Positions 49,785 through 60,146 of a stretch of DNA of 61,943 nucleotides are shown one piece after another. The notes beneath the pieces are model-generated. The model was not told the DNA's origin, ran no database searches, and saw only the letters and a list, made by a program, of their open reading frames with translations. A program made the translations under genes and the position numbers. The DNA comes from an uncultured Nitrososphaeria archaeon. Lineage in GTDB: Archaea > Thermoproteota > Nitrososphaeria > Geothermarchaeales > JDFR-13. Location of the stretch: NCBI GenBank assembly GCA_964529905.1, contig CAZGXJ010000004.1, forward strand, positions 1 through 61,943, written 5' to 3'. Within the stretch, counting starts at the first letter, position 1; each line of letters begins with the position of its first letter.

Positions 49785-51530
49785 CTATGCCTCAACCCTC
49801 TCCAATGCTAGAGATGAAGCTACTTCTTGGAAAGGCATACCTTGGATGAGCCTCTCAACGAAGTCAACCACCGACTCTATTTTTATTCTATACTGTATCC
49901 AAGTATCCCTATCCCTAACGGTTACAGTATCATCTTTTAGAGACCTGATATCCACGGTAAATGCCACTGGAATACCGATCTCATCACCCCTTGCATATAG
50001 CCGCCCAATACTATCACCATAATCATAGAAGACCCTAAAACCTGCGGATTCTAAATCCCTAACTATGGATTCAGCTATGGCCTTTAAATCATCCCTATCT
50101 AATAGGGGGTATACAGCAGCCTCTATAGGCGCTATGTATGGTGGTAGTGAGAGTATTATTCTATCACCCCTCTCCACATATGCATATTCCAAAACGGCAT
50201 ATGATATTCTATCCAAGCCGAATGAAGGTTCCACAACATGTGGGATGAACTTCTCTACCTGTACCACCTTCTTCTCTACAGATAAATCGAAATATTCCTT
50301 ACCAAGTCTAACACCCCCTACTTCTATGTATCCATCCCTCGATAACCTATTATATATCTCAACAGGGTCTATACTAGATAATTCCTTCATTATAGAACCT
50401 ATCTGGTCAGGATAATCCTCTTTAATCCTCCTAGGCTTAGGCCTAGCATATCTACTTTCAATCTCCTTAGGTTGTGGAAGCCTCCTCTCAACATAGATCT
50501 CTTCACCACTAAATTCCCTATGCCTAGAAAGGTCATAGTTAGTCCTATCTGCATGTCCGGATACCTCGACCCACCCCCATCTATCCAGGAGTACCTCCTG
50601 ATCAAAAACCTTCCTTGCATAATGTGCCCTCTCCCCCTCCAGCTTCTCCCTAAATCTCTGCCTATTCCTAGGGATACCTAATGCCTCTAAAAATCTCTGG
50701 GCTAAGATCATGAAGTATAGCATAGACTTATGCTCCACTATACCCTTCTCAAGGATCTCCCTAACTGTTAAAGTCTCATATTCCCCTCCACCTTCCCTTA
50801 TCAACTCTTCATGTAATATGTTTAGGGTCTCATCCATATACTCATCTAAGTTAAATTCATCATCTTTCTCTGGATCAAAGAAATATTCTATCTCCATCAT
50901 GTCAAATTCTCTAAGCCTTATAACACCCTGTCTAGGGGAGATCTCATTCCTATATCCCCTACCTATCTGCGCAATGCCAACTGGGAAACGCTTCCTGAAG
51001 ATCTCATATATACGTTTAAATTCTACAAACATTCCCTGAGCAGTTTCAGGCCTCAAGAAGCCGGTTGCATCACTATATGGACCTATCGTAGTCTTAAACA
51101 TCGTTATGAAATATCCAGGTTCCCCTAACTCACCTCCACAGGAAGGACATCTAACCCCATTCCTCTGGACAAGGTCCATATATTCCTCCGGCTTTAGGCC
51201 TTCAGGAGCTTCTATACCCCTCTCCTGTAGTAGATTATCTACTCTAAACTTCTTTCCACATTTTAAGCATGTAACCATTACATCTTTAAAACCTTCAACA
51301 TGTCCGGAGGCCTTGAAGACTATATATGGGGCTATGGTGGGGGAATCGATCTCATAGAACCCATGGCTATATACAAACATCTCTCTCCATAGATCCATAA
51401 TCTTCTTCTTCAATAGAACCCCATATGGACCCCATGTATAGAAGCCAGCTACACCACCATATATCTCATATGCAGGCCAGAAGAATCCTCTTCTCTTCGC
51501 TAGGCTAAATACCTTCTCCACCTTAGACAT
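49785..51530 (-). CDS. glyS: Glycine--tRNA ligase (archaeal/eukaryotic alpha2 type)
   Basis: KRRGF, EIYGG, LRPETAQG, RNEISPRQG..R.REF, R.HYA, EPSFG.DR, Y.R.DEIG.P. Confidence 0.97.
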   Translation of the reverse strand: MSKVEKVFSLAKRRGFFWPAYEIYGGVAGFYTWGPYGVLLKKKIMDLWREMFVYSHGFYEIDSPTIAPYIVFKASGHVEGFKDVMVTCLKCGKKFRVDNLLQERGIEAPEGLKPEEYMDLVQRNGVRCPSCGGELGEPGYFITMFKTTIGPYSDATGFLRPETAQGMFVEFKRIYEIFRKRFPVGIAQIGRGYRNEISPRQGVIRLREFDMMEIEYFFDPEKDDEFNLDEYMDETLNILHEELIREGGGEYETLTVREILEKGIVEHKSMLYFMILAQRFLEALGIPRNRQRFREKLEGERAHYARKVFDQEVLLDRWGWVEVSGHADRTNYDLSRHREFSGEEIYVERRLPQPKEIESRYARPKPRRIKEDYPDQIGSIMKELSSIDPVEIYNRLSRDGYIEVGGVRLGKEYFDLSVEKKVVQVEKFIPHVVEPSFGLDRISYAVLEYAYVERGDRIILSLPPYIAPIEAAVYPLLDRDDLKAIAESIVRDLESAGFRVFYDYGDSIGRLYARGDEIGIPVAFTVDIRSLKDDTVTVRDRDTWIQYRIKIESVVDFVERLIQGMPFQEVASSLALERVEA

Positions 51531-51563
51531 GTCTTTACACCGGCCCCTTATCTATATTCAATA

Positions 51564-51962
51564 CTATTCCAATATAATATATTCTACCTCAATAACCTTA
51601 TCCCGATATATCCATACCCTATATTCACCACTTCTTGAATCCATTATTACCCATGGGATATTCCATATAGCCATATTCCTCAAATCAATTGGACTAGGCC
51701 TTGGAGAGGCTGGATGGCTATGAATAGTGCCTATAACGTCTAAACCATATTTATCTGCATAGCTATAGGCAGATAGAATCGTGTATGGATCCATTTTAAA
51801 ACTGATTGGGCTGTTATCAAGATTCTTAGCTATAAAAAGGGCCTTAACATAATATTTATCATCTTTAATTCTGCCTACAAGTAATCCACATTCCTCAACA
51901 ACGCTATTCAAAGCCTTAACCCTAAAAAAATCGATGGTAGATTTCGGAATGACAAGCTTCAT
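51564..51962 (-). CDS. JAMM/MPN+ metalloprotease (desampylase-like)
   Basis: EECGLL.G and HSHP...PS..D JAMM motif. Confidence 0.92.
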   Translation of the reverse strand: MKLVIPKSTIDFFRVKALNSVVEECGLLVGRIKDDKYYVKALFIAKNLDNSPISFKMDPYTILSAYSYADKYGLDVIGTIHSHPASPRPSPIDLRNMAIWNIPWVIMDSRSGEYRVWIYRDKVIEVEYIILE

Positions 51963-52028
51963 AGATATGGATCCCTATAACATTTTTAAACCATATAATT
52001 GGATATAAAACTGTGATTCTATATTACT

Positions 52029-52391
52029 TTGAAAAATAATTTAAATTATGTTAAGATGGTGAATAGGAGATATCGTAAGGGATATAGATTTGAACATAGG
52101 GTCAAGAAGTATCTAGAGAGATTTGGATATAAGGTTTTTAGGTTAGCCGGTTCAAAGCCCATAGATCTAATAGCGATTAAGGTTGGAGGCGAAGCAATAT
52201 ATTATATAGAATGTAAATCTACAAACTACGTTAAAAGGGCTGGTAAGAAGCTATTAAGGGTAACCAGCGGACTACCTGGGAGAGCTATCGTGGCCTATAG
52301 GGATATCAGAAATAGGATAAGATTCTATGATCCAGTAATGGAGAGGGAGGTCTCAATACCTCCATCCAAGGAATTAGATAAATATCAATGA
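52029..52391 (+). CDS. hjc: Holliday junction resolvase Hjc-like nuclease; likely start ATG 52056
   Basis: KG.RFE..V...L...G..V.R.AGS.P.DLIA......IECK PD-(D/E)xK motif. Confidence 0.82.
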   Translation: MKNNLNYVKMVNRRYRKGYRFEHRVKKYLERFGYKVFRLAGSKPIDLIAIKVGGEAIYYIECKSTNYVKRAGKKLLRVTSGLPGRAIVAYRDIRNRIRFYDPVMEREVSIPPSKELDKYQ

Positions 52392-52424
52392 AGATGTATA
52401 TTTACAATTGAAATATTGTTTAAT

Positions 52425-52496
52425 GCCCCGGTAGCTCAGCGGTAGAGCGGCGGCCTCGTAAGCCGCAGGTCGGGGGTTCAAATCCCCCCCGGGGCT
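52425..52496 (+). tRNA. tRNA-Thr(CGT), intron-less, CCA not encoded
   Basis: Acceptor GCCCCGG/CCGGGGC, D arm GCTC/GAGC, anticodon arm GCGGC-CTCGTAA-GCCGC, T arm GGGGG-TTCAAAT-CCCCC, discriminator T. Confidence 0.97.
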
Positions 52497-52612
52497 TTAA
52501 AACAGTAAAGAAATATCTATTCCCTCTTGTATATCTTAGATACTTCATAAATTACCTTCCTAATAGAGACGCTCCTAATCTAAATTGCATATAATCCTCC
52601 TTGAATTTTTAT

Positions 52613-53848
52613 TTATAGGACTACCATCTTCACCGTCGATTCATCAGACCCCTTGGTGGATATAGTGTATAGAATAATATAGGTTCTTCCATACAGCTTT
52701 ATCGGTTGTAATGCCTTATAGTTCCCCTTTAGACTTACATAATCTACCAAGTTCTTTCCATTGGGATCATAGAATATGATATAGCTTTTATTATAATAGT
52801 ATGCAAGGATAACCAGATAATTATCTACCTTACTTGAATATATAATGGTCGGATTAATACCTTCAACCGATAGATCCAGGATATCATAGCTTAGTGTCCC
52901 GTCCTCAAACTTAATCATAATAGTCTTACTAGACCCATTCCTAAGTATGATTGTTAAGATTAGCCTATTATCATGGCTACCTGTATAGACAACATTAACA
53001 ACATCTCTATATGGTAGTACTATATATCCTATCTCCTCCCCACTATTAGGATTAATAAATGTGATATTTAGGCCAGTATCACCTTTGTATCCTATATATA
53101 TACCTGACTCACTCAAATCGGCAATAACTATGTTCGAGGGGTCTATCTCCTCAAAGATTAACTTCTTTCCAGAATCATCTAATCTATAAATATAGAGATT
53201 CGTAAGAGTCTTTACAAAAGATATATATCCATCTCCAAATCTGAGTATCTTAATTCCTCCATGTGGGAAGCTGAAGGACTTCTTTATAGCCAACTTGCCA
53301 TCAGTATTCACTCCGATGATATATGCCTCGTTATCAACAGCAACTAAGAAATCTTTTACCCCTTTAACCATATAGGCCCATGTTCCCCTACTAATCTCTA
53401 TGTAGTTGAGTAGTTTACCCTCTAAATCATATATATTTACTCTCAGCATCGCCTCCAGGGTATCCGTCTCACTACCCACTAGTAAGACCATATACCTCTC
53501 TATTAGTAGAGGCTTATCCACTGGATATCCATTAGATACATTTATAGTGAACTCCCGCTTAACCTCATCACCCTCCAAGTCAAGGATCTTTGGCAATATC
53601 TTTCCATCATTTACTTTAGCTAATCCAGTTATATATATTAGTCCATTATACTCTAGGTGATCCGTTAAGAGTATATATCCAGTTGAAAGATTCACCAAAC
53701 TGAAACTTAGTGTATCATTATTATATGGTGCTTTATTTATACCAGGAAATGGAAAATTTCCTATATAGACCAACTGAAATACTAATAGTAGGATCATTAA
53801 ACCTACAATCATTATTAAGTATTTAAATCTAAAACTAATTTCAGTCAA
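52613..53848 (-). CDS. Secreted/membrane-anchored hypothetical protein, beta-rich (possible beta-propeller)
   Basis: Single N-terminal TM, then repeated short beta-strand-like segments (YD..GK, D..G). Confidence 0.6.
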   Translation of the reverse strand: MTEISFRFKYLIMIVGLMILLLVFQLVYIGNFPFPGINKAPYNNDTLSFSLVNLSTGYILLTDHLEYNGLIYITGLAKVNDGKILPKILDLEGDEVKREFTINVSNGYPVDKPLLIERYMVLLVGSETDTLEAMLRVNIYDLEGKLLNYIEISRGTWAYMVKGVKDFLVAVDNEAYIIGVNTDGKLAIKKSFSFPHGGIKILRFGDGYISFVKTLTNLYIYRLDDSGKKLIFEEIDPSNIVIADLSESGIYIGYKGDTGLNITFINPNSGEEIGYIVLPYRDVVNVVYTGSHDNRLILTIILRNGSSKTIMIKFEDGTLSYDILDLSVEGINPTIIYSSKVDNYLVILAYYYNKSYIIFYDPNGKNLVDYVSLKGNYKALQPIKLYGRTYIILYTISTKGSDESTVKMVVL

Positions 53849-54077
53849 ATAATAACATCCCCTCTGATTTAGTGTATACTTAATCCAACCTCACTTAATA
53901 TAATATGATTAGGTGAATTAAAAATTGTATTTATATATCATTCAACTTAATAAGATATATGCTATTTAATCCGTATTGAATATTCCTTAAATAATATCAT
54001 ACAAAGATATCTCAAATATAAAATAGTAATAAGTCGTTTGGACACATCTAGTACACTTTCTCATTCTTTACTTTGAT

Positions 54078-54184
54078 ATGAAAGTAATCGTCATGTCTGA
54101 TACTCATATCATTAATAATTTTTTGGATAGGTAGGGTAGATAGCCCCAAATAAGGTTGATGTAGCTATCCTTACTGGAGATATA
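54078..54184 (+). pseudogene. Metallophosphoesterase pseudogene fragment
   Basis: MKVIVMSDTHIINNFLDR* (TAG 54132), then frameshifted VDVAILTGDI (54155-54184); parallels MRVIVISDTH...HAGD of the intact gene at 55133. Confidence 0.65.
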
Positions 54185-55132
54185 TAGCTACCTTTACCTT
54201 AGAGTAGGCTGATAAATTGAGGATATAATGAAGTTTTAATTATGACGATGGAAATGTTAAACCAATCATGACTGCAACCTTTAAGGATAACGATGTTCTC
54301 AATAGTAACAAAACATCAAAAACCTACTTCCCAATATCTTAATATTACTTAAAGTTCCCGTTACCTCAAATGGATTATACCGATAAACATAGTTTATATT
54401 CTAAGCTTTCCACAGCATATATACCTTGTGACCATATGGGGTTGGAGTGATGTAACCCAGTAACGTAAAAACATTAACTATAATATATATTAAAATTTGA
54501 CCTTGGTATAGCCCCTAAACTAAGGAAAGTCGTATATGTTAATCCGTATTTCCCGAAAGATCTGCAGGCAGAAATAAAATTAACAAATTTCTCCATACTA
54601 TAGGTCTCTTAAGCCACTTTTATCTTATATCTTATTTTGATGTGGGGGTTGGCCGTTATGGAATAGACATGAACCAATGCCTCCTATATGGATGCCAAGA
54701 GTGCTTAAGCCAGTATCTGTATGATATAAAAATCCTTTCATAGCTTTAGTGCATATAACCTGAGGCCTGTTGATACATATGGAGATACATTAGTTGGCAT
54801 AAAGATATCATTTATACCTACATTAGTAACTAGAGATATGATCCTATCAGTTATCGATTCTTTAAAATCCAGTGGATTTAATGTAACAGCTCTAAATATT
54901 ATCGAATTAATAGTTTTGGTAGAGTGTTATTCTAGTTGTTATAATGTAATAACAATATATAATTTGGAGAGTTGAATCAAACATGTTATTCGGGATTAAT
55001 ACGGATTTAAATATAAGTTTAAACGATGTCACTAGAATCGAACCCAATAGAGATTCCCCGTAATAACTAATATAGAATGTTTCTTCGAATTGGCTTAGAC
55101 TTAAAAATTTTTTATCCTGGTGTAGGTGAATT

Positions 55133-55639
55133 ATGATATATATGAGAGTTATTGTAATCTCTGATACCCATGATAATAAAGTCTTCTTTGATAGACTTAA
55201 GAAATGGATAGAGTCTAATGAGGTATATACAGCGCTACATGCGGGCGACCATGTAGCACCATTCACTATTGAGTGGGCTGAGGAAGCCGGTATAAAGAAG
55301 ATGTATGGAGTACTTGGGAATAATGATGGTGAATATAGATTGCTACATCATAGATACCAGGAAAGAGATTGGGTGTTAAAAGATTATTTAAATGTCTTTG
55401 AGTTGGAAGGTATAAAGATTGCATTGACCCATGGGACTGATATGGATATGCCATTTATATTAGCTGAATCTGGGAGATATGATATAGTTATATTTGGGCA
55501 TACCCATAGGATATACCAAGACTATATCGGGGAGACCCTACTACTCAATCCCGGTGAGGCATGTGGCTATCTAACTGGAAAGATGTCATTCGCCCTATTA
55601 GATATAGTGAAGAGGGAGGCTGAGATCATCTTCCTATAG
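55133..55639 (+). CDS. YfcE/MJ0936-family metallophosphoesterase; likely start ATG 55142
   Basis: SDTH, HAGD, GNND, THG, GHTH, NPGE. Confidence 0.93.
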   Translation: MIYMRVIVISDTHDNKVFFDRLKKWIESNEVYTALHAGDHVAPFTIEWAEEAGIKKMYGVLGNNDGEYRLLHHRYQERDWVLKDYLNVFELEGIKIALTHGTDMDMPFILAESGRYDIVIFGHTHRIYQDYIGETLLLNPGEACGYLTGKMSFALLDIVKREAEIIFL

Positions 55640-55653
55640 CTAATCCGTTATAT

Positions 55654-56853
55654 TTAGCTCTTCACAATATCTAATGCCATTTTCAATAGATCTATGTTTG
55701 TTGGGGCCTTGGTATATACCAAATCAGTCAACCTATCCCTACCAACCTTCTCCATAAATAGATCTGTATATCTATCATCCCTAGTGATTAGATCTATAAC
55801 AAGTCTCAAACGATATCCATCCTCTAATGCCCTATATAATAGTCTCCTCCAGAGTTTCTCATAATACTCCAAATCCTCAACACCCTCTAAATATTTTGAG
55901 ACCGCCTCCCCAGCAGCTATACCTCCAATAGATGATGTAACTATACCTGCCCCAAGAGATGCTATATTATGGTTAGCCGCATCACCTACCGATATAAATA
56001 TACCCGACACAGTCTTATCGGGGGGAGGTCCTACAGGGACTAATCCACCTACATATGATAATGGCTGGGCCCTAGAAAGCTTTTTACTGGCTACTGGATG
56101 GGCTCTCCAGAACCTCTCCATATAAATGTTTATATCCCTATCCCCGTCTACATATGGATATCTAATACCTAATCCGACATTTGCCAAACCATCACCCTTA
56201 GGTATTATCCAGGCATATGCACCGGGGGAGTACTCCTTACCAGTATACATTTCGACTACCCTAGGATCACTATCTACGCCAGCCATTTGATAATTAATTA
56301 CATGTCCAAGATTCATCTCATCCCTCTCCCTATATAGGCCTACCTGGTCTAGAAGAGTGGAAGAAGTTCCAGCTGCTATAACCACAGTCCTAGCTCTGAA
56401 TATGAGATCCTTTGAACCATATCTAGCCCTAACTATGCCGTCTCTCTCGAGTTTATATACAGATGTATTGATCATCACCTCTGCACCATTGTTTACAGCC
56501 TCTTTAACGATCCATTTATCGAAGGCCTCCCTATCTATTACATGGCCATCGAACTTAACCCTATACTCCCTACCCGAAGGCGTTATAACAGCTACTGAAT
56601 CGGTATTATTGGTAACTATCCTTCTAGGGAATCTCTGGAATATCACTAGATATTCATCTTCTACTTCGGGTAAGATCTTCTTATATTCATGATATTGGGG
56701 GATGAACTCTCCACATTGTATAGGTACACCTATCTCCCTTCTCCTATCAATACCTAGAACTTTGAAGCCTTCCATAGAGAGTTTATATAGTGCTGAGGCC
56801 CCACCTGGACCCAATCCTATTACTATAGCGTCATATTTATCCATGTAATCCAC
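55654..56853 (-). CDS. Geranylgeranyl reductase family flavoprotein (DGGGPL reductase-like)
   Basis: IG.GP.G, P.QCGE, DR..FD, GAYAWIIPKG, VGDAA, G.G. Confidence 0.88.
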   Translation of the reverse strand: MDYMDKYDAIVIGLGPGGASALYKLSMEGFKVLGIDRRREIGVPIQCGEFIPQYHEYKKILPEVEDEYLVIFQRFPRRIVTNNTDSVAVITPSGREYRVKFDGHVIDREAFDKWIVKEAVNNGAEVMINTSVYKLERDGIVRARYGSKDLIFRARTVVIAAGTSSTLLDQVGLYRERDEMNLGHVINYQMAGVDSDPRVVEMYTGKEYSPGAYAWIIPKGDGLANVGLGIRYPYVDGDRDINIYMERFWRAHPVASKKLSRAQPLSYVGGLVPVGPPPDKTVSGIFISVGDAANHNIASLGAGIVTSSIGGIAAGEAVSKYLEGVEDLEYYEKLWRRLLYRALEDGYRLRLVIDLITRDDRYTDLFMEKVGRDRLTDLVYTKAPTNIDLLKMALDIVKS

Positions 56854-56941
56854 CCATTCAAAAAGAATTTTATTTAGTGAGTTCTATAAATCAATGGATA
56901 TTATAGATATGTGAAGATATATTCAAATTATATTTATAGAT

Positions 56942-57760
56942 CTATTGAAGGATCTCCCTAATATTATCATTTAAATATTCAACCATTCTGTTTACCCTTT
57001 CCAAACCCCTATATTCAGAGAGGCTCGACAGGGATATGGGGGTAATACTTATATTATTTCTTTGTAAAACCTCATATCCATCAGTGCCAACAGCGAAACT
57101 CTTAAACTTCTCACCCCATAACCAGTAATATTCCCTACCCCTAGGATCATATCTTATATATACCTTAGTATTCAGTGATAGCCTAGCCAATCTAGTTGCT
57201 ACTATCCTAGTGGAGCCATCAATATATTTAGGGAAGTTTACGTTGAGCATATCCACATTTTCAGGCATACCCTCCTCCAATACATATTTAGTGATCTCAC
57301 CAGCTATCTTAGATGCAGTCCTAAATCCACCTTTAACTACTTCACCACCTATTACATCCGCCCTAGGTATTGACTTGGAGAAGGATATACTTGGTATGTT
57401 ATGTACAGCTGCGAATAAGGCGCCTGCAACTGTTCCACTCATGAAGAATTCAAGTAGACTTACATTCTCACCTATATTTATACCAGATATTACCATATCA
57501 GGTAATTTATTCATTATATGGAATAGGCCCAAGCTTACGCAGTCACCAGTCGTCCCATTAACCAGGTAGCATAACTGCTCCCTATAATATGCCTTCTTAA
57601 CCCTTAGAGGTTTATGTAGGGTAACGCTTAGACCAGCCGCACTCCTCTGCTGCTCAGGACATATAACCGTCAACTCACTAAATCTCCTCAAGACATCTAT
57701 CATACGTCTAATTCCTGGTGATCTAAATCCATCGTCATTGGTTAACAATATCCTATACAT
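56942..57760 (-). CDS. surE: 5'/3'-nucleotidase SurE
   Basis: ILLTNDDG, P...RSA.G, GT..DC, SGIN.G.N, SGTVA.A, LNVNFP. Confidence 0.95.
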   Translation of the reverse strand: MYRILLTNDDGFRSPGIRRMIDVLRRFSELTVICPEQQRSAAGLSVTLHKPLRVKKAYYREQLCYLVNGTTGDCVSLGLFHIMNKLPDMVISGINIGENVSLLEFFMSGTVAGALFAAVHNIPSISFSKSIPRADVIGGEVVKGGFRTASKIAGEITKYVLEEGMPENVDMLNVNFPKYIDGSTRIVATRLARLSLNTKVYIRYDPRGREYYWLWGEKFKSFAVGTDGYEVLQRNNISITPISLSSLSEYRGLERVNRMVEYLNDNIREILQ

Positions 57761-57769
57761 TTCGGTGAT

Positions 57770-58918
57770 TCACCTTGTAATACCCATCTCACTCAACTCC
57801 TCAAGATACCTCCTTCCATAACCCCTATTCAGATATTCTGATATGGGCTTCAAAATCCTCCATAGATATTCTGCGAGGGCATTCTTAAGGTCTAATGGAT
57901 GTAGATTCCCTGAGATATATGCATCAGCAACCTCATCAAAATCTTTAAATATATATTCTTCATCCTTCTTAGGGTTGTATACCTTGAAATATTCTTTCCT
58001 CCTAGTTATATAGGGGAAGACTACGTTCTCAAGCATTGAAATAATGGGGTTCACTTTAACATCTCTAGGTGGGCAGTAGGCCCTCAATATCTTCCTCCTT
58101 ATAGCCTCCTCATCGTCATGGAGAAATATAGCGGTTTCAGGCAGGGATTTAGACATTTTAATGTTAAGGACAGCATCTACAAAGGCATCTTTACTACCAC
58201 TCTCCCTAGCCTCTCGAATCCTCTCTGCATCACCCTCTGTAATACCTATTCCCAATACCAATTCATGGTGAAGTGCTATAGGCTTATATCCAAAACGATC
58301 TCCAAGGTCTATTGCAATTACATGGGCCTTCCTCTGGTCAATACCTCCATGGGCGACATTAACCTCCAAACTGAAGATATCGGCTACCTGCATAGGTACA
58401 TAGACCAACTGGCCAAAGTTTACGCTCTCCCCCTGCTTCCTACCCAATATAGATATGCTTCTCCTAATCCTTGAAAGGGTATTATTCATACTTACCTTAA
58501 GGAAATTCTCGAAATATTTCACACCTAAATCCTCATAGAATTCAGATGCCATCACAAACCTAGTTTTACTATGGTCCCCACCAAGTATATCTATCATCCT
58601 CTCAAAGACATCTCTATAATATCCACCTGCGAACTTCTTTATCTTATCCAAATCTCCCCCCAACTTTTTATTTATCCAACTATGGTAGTCACCAAGGAAG
58701 ATCATAGTCTCTACGCCGGCCCTCTGTAAATCCACTATTTTATGGATAGGGACTAAACCAGTTCCCAGATGCATATATCCAGATATCTCAAACCCAATAT
58801 AGTGCCTAAGCTTTACACCAGTCTCAAGATATTCACGCAGCCTATCAATGGTTAATATCTCGTTGGTAGGCCTTCTCTTAAACAACGCAATTTTTTCATC
58901 AATATCCATTCCATCCAC
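57770..58918 (-). CDS. tyrS: Tyrosine--tRNA ligase (archaeal)
   Basis: YIGFEISG..HLGT, D.H...N, Y..MQVADI, GG.DQRK.H, KMSKS. Confidence 0.96.
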   Translation of the reverse strand: MDGMDIDEKIALFKRRPTNEILTIDRLREYLETGVKLRHYIGFEISGYMHLGTGLVPIHKIVDLQRAGVETMIFLGDYHSWINKKLGGDLDKIKKFAGGYYRDVFERMIDILGGDHSKTRFVMASEFYEDLGVKYFENFLKVSMNNTLSRIRRSISILGRKQGESVNFGQLVYVPMQVADIFSLEVNVAHGGIDQRKAHVIAIDLGDRFGYKPIALHHELVLGIGITEGDAERIREARESGSKDAFVDAVLNIKMSKSLPETAIFLHDDEEAIRRKILRAYCPPRDVKVNPIISMLENVVFPYITRRKEYFKVYNPKKDEEYIFKDFDEVADAYISGNLHPLDLKNALAEYLWRILKPISEYLNRGYGRRYLEELSEMGITR

Positions 58919-58982
58919 CTATACAAATGGCATATATATTTAGTATTGGATATACACATCTAAATATTACATCTATATAAAT

Positions 58983-60146
58983 GTGGTAACTATGAGGATA
59001 GATGTAAAACTATATAAAGAAGTTTCAGACTTAATAAATGAGGCTAGACTCCCTTATAGGTCATTGATAGATAATCTGAATAGATATATTTCAACTAGAT
59101 ATATTGAGTTTACAAAGCTATATCACATCCTATCCCTACTTAGGAGCCTAGATAAAATCAATTATCTAAACATAGCCTCTGAAGCTGTTAAGACCGTTAT
59201 AAACAGTCAGATATCAGAAGGAGACACCGTCATCCATAAAGACGATTTCTATGGAGTTAAGGTTAAGGGAGAAGCATCTACATTTATTGAAGGGGGTTTA
59301 CCAGATCTCCTAGAGAAGGGGGAAAAGATCATTAGAGGCGAGACTCCATCAATCATATCGACATGTGCATCCCTAGAGATATTGATCGAATATTCGATAG
59401 AGACACAATACTGGGACGATGATATAGACAATACACTGAGGAATGGATATAAATATCTCCTTTTAAGGGATTTAAATAGAGATGGATTACTGGAGCAAGA
59501 TCCTAAGGAGGATTGGATATATCTACTTAGGAGGGGAGGGGCAACCTTATCATCCAACTCAATCTTCCTTAAGTTCTTGGAGGATATGTATTATCTATAT
59601 ATAGACAAGGATAGGGAATTCGGTGAGGAGATTAAGAGGAGATATCTAAGGCTATATAGGGATATAGAGGGGTATTTCTGGTTGGATGGCTTCTATGCCG
59701 ACTATATAAGTGAAGCCTTTAATATTTTCTATAGATCTACTATAGACACGTCTCTAATCGGTAGACCGATAATTTCAAGGGAGGGAGATAAGCTATATAA
59801 CCACTTTAGGAATACATTGGATAAGCTTATAGTGAATGGAGTAATCCTCGCTACTGAGGATAGGGTAAGGATATCTCCCGAATATAGACTTAGGGGATAT
59901 ATAGCCTCCACATATCACTCCACCATATATGTCTATGACATTCTCCAGAACGGATTCTTAGATCTAGCATTAAGGGCGTTAAAATACATTATTCCAAATC
60001 ATAGGTATAGCTACATAATATTCCGTGAAGATGGCATGGTTAAACGGTTAAAATCTCGGGATAGTAACCAGGAGCTACTCCTCCTATTAACATATAAGAA
60101 ATTCGAGGATATGGTTAGAGGGGGTGGGGAGCATCAGCTGGCTTGA
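58983..60146 (+). CDS. Divergent (alpha/alpha)6-barrel glycoside hydrolase-like protein (amylo-alpha-1,6-glucosidase-like)
   Basis: D.NRDGLLEQ...EDW...RRG...SN..F and FW..G.YAD pattern; C-terminus overlaps the structured element. Confidence 0.5.
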   Translation: MVTMRIDVKLYKEVSDLINEARLPYRSLIDNLNRYISTRYIEFTKLYHILSLLRSLDKINYLNIASEAVKTVINSQISEGDTVIHKDDFYGVKVKGEASTFIEGGLPDLLEKGEKIIRGETPSIISTCASLEILIEYSIETQYWDDDIDNTLRNGYKYLLLRDLNRDGLLEQDPKEDWIYLLRRGGATLSSNSIFLKFLEDMYYLYIDKDREFGEEIKRRYLRLYRDIEGYFWLDGFYADYISEAFNIFYRSTIDTSLIGRPIISREGDKLYNHFRNTLDKLIVNGVILATEDRVRISPEYRLRGYIASTYHSTIYVYDILQNGFLDLALRALKYIIPNHRYSYIIFREDGMVKRLKSRDSNQELLLLLTYKKFEDMVRGGGEHQLA

